The notes under the pieces are model-generated. The model was not told the DNA's origin and searched no databases. It saw only the letters and a list, made by a program, of their open reading frames with translations. From the NCBI GenBank assembly GCA_951813565.1, contig OX638351.1, positions 863,389 to 927,388 on the forward strand: 64,000 nt of DNA, read 5' to 3'. Both the position numbers and the translations under genes were made by a program. The DNA comes from an uncultured Poribacteria bacterium (lineage in GTDB: Bacteria; Poribacteria; WGA-4E; WGA-3G). This document shows, piece by piece, positions 58,621 through 64,000 of this stretch (positions within the stretch are counted from its first letter, which is position 1; every line of letters starts with the position of its first letter).

Positions 58621-59454
58621 TTAAGAATATCCACCTACACCTAACAACATCCGTTCCTCCATATCTGCTTCTTTGAGAAAGGTTTGGGTCAATCCATCTT
58701 TAGGTGGATCACCTCCGTGTGGCGATCTGCGTAGCCACGTTGGCGTATAACCAAGAATTAACATTCTCCGCTTAGAACGCAGTGTAGGCAAAGCGCGATG
58801 CCAAAGATTACCGTGGATAAGTACCGCATCGCCAGCTTTCACCTGAAGTACTACTTCGCCCTCTATCGGTTCATAAATATTCGGCGTTGCTTTGTCTAAC
58901 CAGTCGTGGGAACCGGGTACAACGACAACTGCCCCAGTGTCTTCGTTTAGGTCGTCAAGATAGATAAGGCAATCAATACAGTGCGGTCGTGAAAACCAAG
59001 GTGGTATCGGATTAGAAACAACGCGCATGTGTTGATGCCATGGTGTTTGATGCTGCCTGTCATCACCGGGATAGGTGATCCGCGCGCTCAATCCGCGTAG
59101 TCGAACAAGCGGTCCCATCATTGCCCGGACAATTGACAAAACCGGTTGAAATTTTAGGAGTTCAAGAAACGCTTCGTCCTTGTCCATCAGATGGCGCGGA
59201 ATAAAACCCCATCCACGTTTTGAGGCGATTGCATTATCCCGCTTTTCCCATTCGTGTTCTTCTAATCTGTCAAGTGCGTCTCTTAGTTTTTGAAGTGCTT
59301 CTCCTTCAAAGAGTTTTTCGCGAACAAGGTAACCGATCTCAGCAAATGCTTGTAACTCTTCGGGGGTAGCATGCACTTCCACCTCCCAGTGTTGCCCAGT
59401 TTCACCCGGGTTATGGACATTTAGGATTTCATAATGAAGTGTGTGTTGTTCCAT
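58621..59454 (-). CDS. PhyH-family oxygenase with H-x-H motif
   Basis: PWHQH, VVPGSH, AGDAVL.HGNLWHR. Confidence 0.85.
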   Translation of the reverse strand: MEQHTLHYEILNVHNPGETGQHWEVEVHATPEELQAFAEIGYLVREKLFEGEALQKLRDALDRLEEHEWEKRDNAIASKRGWGFIPRHLMDKDEAFLELLKFQPVLSIVRAMMGPLVRLRGLSARITYPGDDRQHQTPWHQHMRVVSNPIPPWFSRPHCIDCLIYLDDLNEDTGAVVVVPGSHDWLDKATPNIYEPIEGEVVLQVKAGDAVLIHGNLWHRALPTLRSKRRMLILGYTPTWLRRSPHGGDPPKDGLTQTFLKEADMEERMLLGVGGYS

Positions 59455-59509
59455 CGTCACCTCGCTATGTTCTGTTTTGGTGTGCCGCGGTATAATATTT
59501 TACATAGCA

Positions 59510-60298
59510 TTACGCTTTCAAAAAATCTCCTGGAAGACGCGAACCTGGATAATTGCCATTTTCATCGCGATTGGCAATAGATTCTGGGATCTCGTCATCC
59601 CAATAGTCTGGAACAGTGTTCGGCCGGCTGTGCCATGCCAAGATCAAGGTGCGACGTATGTCAGTGTGATTTTTGTGGGCAGCGTGTAAAAGCCTTGCAT
59701 CTGCCATCACTAATGAACCTGCTTTGGCACATATATTTACTTGATCTGGATGGTCACTGAACATGAGGGGATGATCCTCATCAATAAACCGTGCGCCTTG
59801 TTCATGTGCAGGCACAAGTTGGTCGTGCAAATCAATACGTTTGAGATGTGTACCAGGAATTACCTTTAAACACCCGTTTTCAGGTGAGGTATCCGAAAGA
59901 TAGTAATTGAGAAAAATGGTTTGGGGCCACGGGGAACAACTGAGCGGATCATTCCAACGCATCCAATCTTGATGCCAATAGAGCGGTGGACCATCGGCTT
60001 CTTTTGTTAAGATGATGATTCCCCCGGAAGCGACGAAATCTCCGAAACCGAGCTGCTCCAACGCGTTCCATGACGGCTGCCACTCCAAGAGTCTCTTAAT
60101 ATATGGATTGTCTTCTCCACGTACATTCACGTGTTGTCCCTGATAAATCATCTCGTCTGGCTCCACGTGTCCTGCGATGAGCCGTTCCGATTCATCGTGC
60201 AGTTCTTGCAAGAATTCCTCTGTCAATATATCATCTACAATACAGTAGCCGTCGCGCAGCATTTGATTCCGTTTTTCTAAGGCGACTTCAGGTGTCAT
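59510..60298 (-). CDS. PhyH-family dioxygenase
   Basis: YWHQDW, ENGCLKVIPGTH, DARLLHAA. Confidence 0.9.
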   Translation of the reverse strand: MTPEVALEKRNQMLRDGYCIVDDILTEEFLQELHDESERLIAGHVEPDEMIYQGQHVNVRGEDNPYIKRLLEWQPSWNALEQLGFGDFVASGGIIILTKEADGPPLYWHQDWMRWNDPLSCSPWPQTIFLNYYLSDTSPENGCLKVIPGTHLKRIDLHDQLVPAHEQGARFIDEDHPLMFSDHPDQVNICAKAGSLVMADARLLHAAHKNHTDIRRTLILAWHSRPNTVPDYWDDEIPESIANRDENGNYPGSRLPGDFLKA

Positions 60299-60396
60299 CC
60301 AGTTACTCCTTAAAGTTTTAAATTTAACTAATTTTACACAAAATCGTTAGAGAAAACAACAATTTTTTATTAGTTTTGTAAAGTTTTTGACATAAT

Positions 60397-61777
60397 CTGA
60401 TATTTATCAAAATTATTAAGAATCCGCTAAATATCAATACAACGAAGGTATTAGGACATGAAAATGTGTTTATTATGAAGAGTTGACTTGATTTTTTATA
60501 TATGAGATGTCATCATATATTATAAACAATAACACTATTTGATTATTTAGGAGGACATCTCATGCATCATCAGATTATCAAATCTGTGAAGTTTTTTCAA
60601 CATCTTTTTTGTTCTCGTTTTCGCCGCATTAGATTACAAATCGTTGACACTGGACTTTTGTTATCGGTTTGTCATTTATTTGGTCTGGACAATCCGAACC
60701 AAGTTGCAGATGCGTTGACACTTCCCAAAGCGGGTCTTTATCGGGATCTTCACTCACTGAGCCAGTATCATTGGAAATGCTTGAATGTGCAGCTCGGATG
60801 TGCGATGGAACTTTGAGTTGATCAAAGATACCGAAGCTAAGAGTGCTTCAACACAATCTTGTCGGCGTCCTACTATCAGTGTAGATGATAGCAACGTAGA
60901 TCGATATGGAAAAACAATAGCATACTGCTCAAACTGGTGGTCTAAAAAACATAATAACACCACTTGGGGCAGAACATATTAGGCATCACGATCAAGATTG
61001 GCGATATTGTTATTCCACTCAATACACGCCTTGTTTCAAAATAAGGGCGTGGCAGGACAAAGAAACCGGTTTTTTTGTCCTGCCATGATGAAAGAAGTGT
61101 TAGATTTCTTTGATGCCCAAAGCATTGATATCAGAAAATATCCGATCACTTTCGATTCGTGGTATGGTAGCAAGAAACTGATCGGAATCTTATCAGATTT
61201 AGGGTTTATGTCCATATTGGTTCATGGTAAAAACAACTATGTGATGACAATAAAGAACAAAAAATCTAAACTTTCGGTTCATAAGAGATCCGGACAACTG
61301 CAGCCAAAACAATGGGGGTGCGATAAACCTGTCTGTCGTGTCCAAGCCACAAGTCCAACATTTGGTGCGTGTATTGTGCTGTTCTTTTTAGATATGGGAA
61401 AGGGACGCACACGCTTAGTTTTTGGTAAACCACTACGCACTTGTGAAGCACTCAAGATTTGGTCTCAACACCACGGGATTGAACATTTTTGGCAGAATAC
61501 GCGTGTGGTATTCTGCATGAGTTGAAATCCCGTTTGCACTTGTCCGCTATGAGTTTAGAAAGCACACAAGGGGCGTATGCGGGGCTCAGTATAAAAGTAA
61601 TGAGCTACCTGGTATTGTTGCAGGTAAGCATCTTAGAGCGTCGCACATTCCATCAAGGACAACTTGAACTCACTGGACAAAGACAAATGTTACTTGAAAT
61701 CATGGCGCATTTTCATGAACTAAACCCAAAAGAACCTTTATTATTACTGATATTCGACAACTTTTGAGAAATATCAG
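60397..61777 (+). mobile_element. Decayed IS4/IS701-like element with a frameshifted DDE transposase
   Basis: Imperfect TIR CTGATATTT(A/C)TCAAAA. Fragments SVDDS, TFDSWYGS and HHGIEHFW lie in different frames. Confidence 0.7.
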
Positions 61778-61794
61778 TAAAGTAAGTCTATAAT

Positions 61795-62096
61795 AGACAT
61801 TATAATGATTTAATCTGCGTTGTGTTGTCAGAATCGCGGATTATCGCAGATTATCGGATTACGCGGATTTTAAGAACTTTGTATCCGCACATTCAACGGA
61901 CGCATGCACGCCTTCTGTTATTGACCGGACATTATGAAAACGACTTGTTGTTACCAGTATCCAATAATCCGTGCCATCTGCGTCATCCGATAAATCCGCG
62001 ATTCAGAAAGTTGCGCGCGATGCCTCATCTGCCCAACGGACAAACATAAGATTTTTCCGCAGACCAATAACTCACAATTAAAACGTTATAATGTCT
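61795..62096. mobile_element. 302-bp MITE, copy 2 (inverted; TSD AAT)
   Basis: Reverse complement of 55014-55316 with a few differences. AAT at 61792-94 and 62097-99. Confidence 0.85.
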
Positions 62097-62140
62097 AATA
62101 ATATGAACACTATTGACAGTGCCTACTGTAGATAGTATTA

Positions 62141-62367
62141 TAACGTGAGTTTGATAATTAGACCTAAATGTAGATGTCCGTTGGGTAGAGCGAAGCGAAA
62201 CCCAACAATTCAACCGTCTTGGAAGTAATTTAAAGTTGGGTTTCACTCACTTTTCTGTTATTTCGGCATCAAATGGAAAAAAATCTCTCTTTTATGTCCG
62301 ATTTTTTGTTTATTCCGTTCTACCCAACGGACAGTGGTTATTGAATTTTATTATCAAACTCACGTTA
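62141..62367. repeat. MITE-like element with TAACGTGAGTTTGATAA inverted repeats
   Basis: Perfect 17-bp IR including terminal TA. The same shell occurs at 51470-51633 with a different core. Confidence 0.75.
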
Positions 62368-62388
62368 TTATATTTTAGATTTGATTAT

Positions 62389-62941
62389 CGTTTTTCGGTG
62401 TCAAGACCCCGTTGCTTTAGCGCGGGGATGTAGACACCGCTAACATGTGCAGGGCATCACGAAATGTCCAACGAAAGATTAGGATGTCCTACTACATCGT
62501 CAACCATGTCCGTTGGTGGAGAGCGTCTATATCATGCCAGTCGAATGCGAACTGGAACACGTGAGCGGGTTGATATGCAGCACATATCTGCAATGTGAAC
62601 TACCAAAGTCGCTATTTAGCGAACTCTCAAAAGGAGCGTGTAGAGCATTGTCCAAAAGACCCCAAGAGAAGTCCGCTATCTCTTGTTGTGTCGGGGTGCC
62701 TGTTAGAAAGGGCAAGAATGAACTGTTTTAAGTGAAACAGTGCCACTTCACAAAAAAGAATCTTGCCATCTAAAGCAGGTAAAAATCTGCAATAGATGAA
62801 TGGGCGGGGCATCGTCCATTGAAGGAGAGGATGGAAGACTTGCAAAGGCATTGCTGGCGCAAGCAGTCCTTGATGATAGCAGAATTTACCCAGTGCAGAG
62901 GACCTAAGAATCCCCCTGCTTTAGTTGGGGGAGTATGTTAA
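62389..62941 (+). mobile_element. ORF-less IS200/IS605-type element with a highly structured interior (candidate ncRNA); left boundary approximate
   Basis: Left end GTCAAGACCCC...TTTAG...GGGGATGTAGAC resembles the tnpB left end. Right end AAGAATCCCCC..TTTAG..GGGGGAGTATGTTAA. Confidence 0.7.
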
Positions 62942-63036
62942 AAAATCAGTGTATTGTGTATGGGCGGTGTTAAATACCGCCCTTTCCTATCTCTATCCTC
63001 CTTTACCTCCAAAAATTTCTCTTTTTTGCAGAATTA

Positions 63037-63064
63037 TGCAACCGTTTTCCTCCTAACTTGCGTC
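63037..63064 (+). promoter_or_regulatory. Possible ECF-sigma autoregulatory promoter
   Basis: TGCAACC...CGTC, with 18 nt between AAC and CGTC. Confidence 0.4.
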
Positions 63065-63116
63065 ATTATAGTTTGATATATGATTTAATCAAACTATCGC
63101 TTTCTAGAGACACTTA

Positions 63117-64000
63117 ATGAAAAATGACGATGTTGCACTTATCAGACGAATTCTTGCTGGTAATGAAACCGCTTTCGCTGAACTTGTGAAAAAGTATCAA
63201 AAACAGGTTCACGTTCTGGCGTGGCGAAAAATCGGAGATTTCCATATCGCTGAGGACATTACCCAGGATGTCTTTCTGAAAGTGTATCAGCAACTTCATG
63301 CCCTGAAAAATCCGAAACAGTTTTCCGGATGGCTCTATGTGATAACGACACGTCTCTGTGCAACGTGCCTACGCAAAAATCGGATTCAGACGCAACCGTT
63401 GGAGGACACAGAGATAACAATGATACAGAGTGATGCCTATTCACAACATGTCGTAGAGGAGCGGGCAAACACTGCAGTTGAAACACAACGTGAAGTGGTC
63501 AAGAGACTACTCGCTAAGTTGAAAGAGAGCGAACGCACGGTGATGGCGCTCCACTATCTCGGTGAGATGACAGTTGAAGAGATCAGCAAGTTTTTAGGGG
63601 TTTCTGCAGGAACGATTAAGAGTCGGCTACAACGTGCGCGAAACCGTTTACAAAAGGAGGAAACGATGATTAGAGAAGCACTCGACCATTTCCAAATTTC
63701 ACCGAACCTGACCGATAACATTATGCGAGAAGTTGCTCGACTTAAACCTATCGCACCTTCTGGTGGTAAGCCACTGGTGCCGTGGGTGATAGGTGCCGCA
63801 AGCGCAGTTTTGATTGTATTAATGCTTGGCATAGGCAGTCAATACTTAACACATTTTCAGAAACCCTATAGTTTAGATGCGCAAGCTGAAACGGCGGTTG
63901 AACTCGTTGATGCGCCTATTGTGCTAAATCTTGAGGCGACGCCAGATGTTCGTCGTCAGTTTGGGAATATAAATGCACTTGGTCCAAGCGATAACAATGG
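63117..64000 (+). CDS. ECF sigma factor with a C-terminal TM extension (3'-partial, absent from the ORF track)
   Basis: MKNDDVALIRRILAGNETAFAELV...AEDITQDVF...FSGWLY...TIKSRLQRAR, then WVIGAASAVLIVLMLGIG. Confidence 0.88.
   Translation, partial: MKNDDVALIRRILAGNETAFAELVKKYQKQVHVLAWRKIGDFHIAEDITQDVFLKVYQQLHALKNPKQFSGWLYVITTRLCATCLRKNRIQTQPLEDTEITMIQSDAYSQHVVEERANTAVETQREVVKRLLAKLKESERTVMALHYLGEMTVEEISKFLGVSAGTIKSRLQRARNRLQKEETMIREALDHFQISPNLTDNIMREVARLKPIAPSGGKPLVPWVIGAASAVLIVLMLGIGSQYLTHFQKPYSLDAQAETAVELVDAPIVLNLEATPDVRRQFGNINALGPSDNN

Noticed and set aside
55014-62096. Composite transposon or an inversion already completed between the MITE pair
   Set aside because: Each copy has its own TSD, and the interrupted pseudogene reads continuously across copy 1.
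62527-62715. SNF2-like LTGTP peptide on the minus strand
   Set aside because: Only 62 aa, with no other helicase motifs. Probably chance.
62665-62800. RNase P RNA (GAGAAGTCC, GGGTGCC, CAGTGCCAC, GGTAAA, TAGATGAATG look-alikes)
   Set aside because: Spacing between the later motifs is far too short, there is no clear CR-V (ACAGAAnnCGGCTTA) or P1/P4 closure, and it lies inside IS ends. An Infernal run would settle it.
340-63832. Numerous antisense or alternate-frame ORFs in the track (for example 619-1386, 32869-33351, 52917-53417, 63554-63832)
   Set aside because: They are shadows of well-supported genes on the other strand or frame, with no motifs.
1-64000. tRNA, rRNA, tmRNA or riboswitch
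   Set aside because: No convincing T-loop/cloverleaf or conserved riboswitch core was seen by eye. This was not computationally excluded.

Overview
A 64-kb bacterial chromosomal window. The gene content suggests a Candidatus Poribacteria-like organism (inference from 8 PhyH-family Fe/2OG oxygenases, sulfatases, HEAT/TPR proteins and LamG proteins ending in VEPxDKLxxTWGxxK). Housekeeping and metabolic genes include dnaK, fabV, glycerate kinase, a dgoD-like dehydratase, a yiaK/dlgD-like reductase, a PGM/PMM-like enzyme, a RidA-family protein and a SurA-like PPIase. They are interleaved with many mobile and palindromic elements: four relatives of one TTAG-targeting IS200/IS605 tnpB element (intact, internally deleted, truncated, and a 46-bp relic), an ISKra4/ISLre2-like IS, several MITEs, and nested REP-like hairpins. 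I saw no tRNA, rRNA or CRISPR array. Best candidates for new biology: (1) a leaderless pertussis-toxin-S1-like ADP-ribosyltransferase with a small partner gene (2048-2998); (2) an ORF-less IS200/IS605 element whose ~470-nt interior folds like a large structured RNA (about 62389-62941); (3) a TPR array fused to a UPF0175 antitoxin-like domain and coupled to a DUF3368 PIN gene (33010-35122); (4) ~35-bp AATCAAC-hairpin micro-elements that insert into REPs and form arrays. The ORF track also truncates, splits or misses three genes: a CUAEP-tail radical SAM selenoprotein (UGA at 16558-16560), a Cu/Zn-SOD split by a frameshift, and a 3'-partial ECF sigma factor. All family assignments come from motif recognition by eye; no database search was run.
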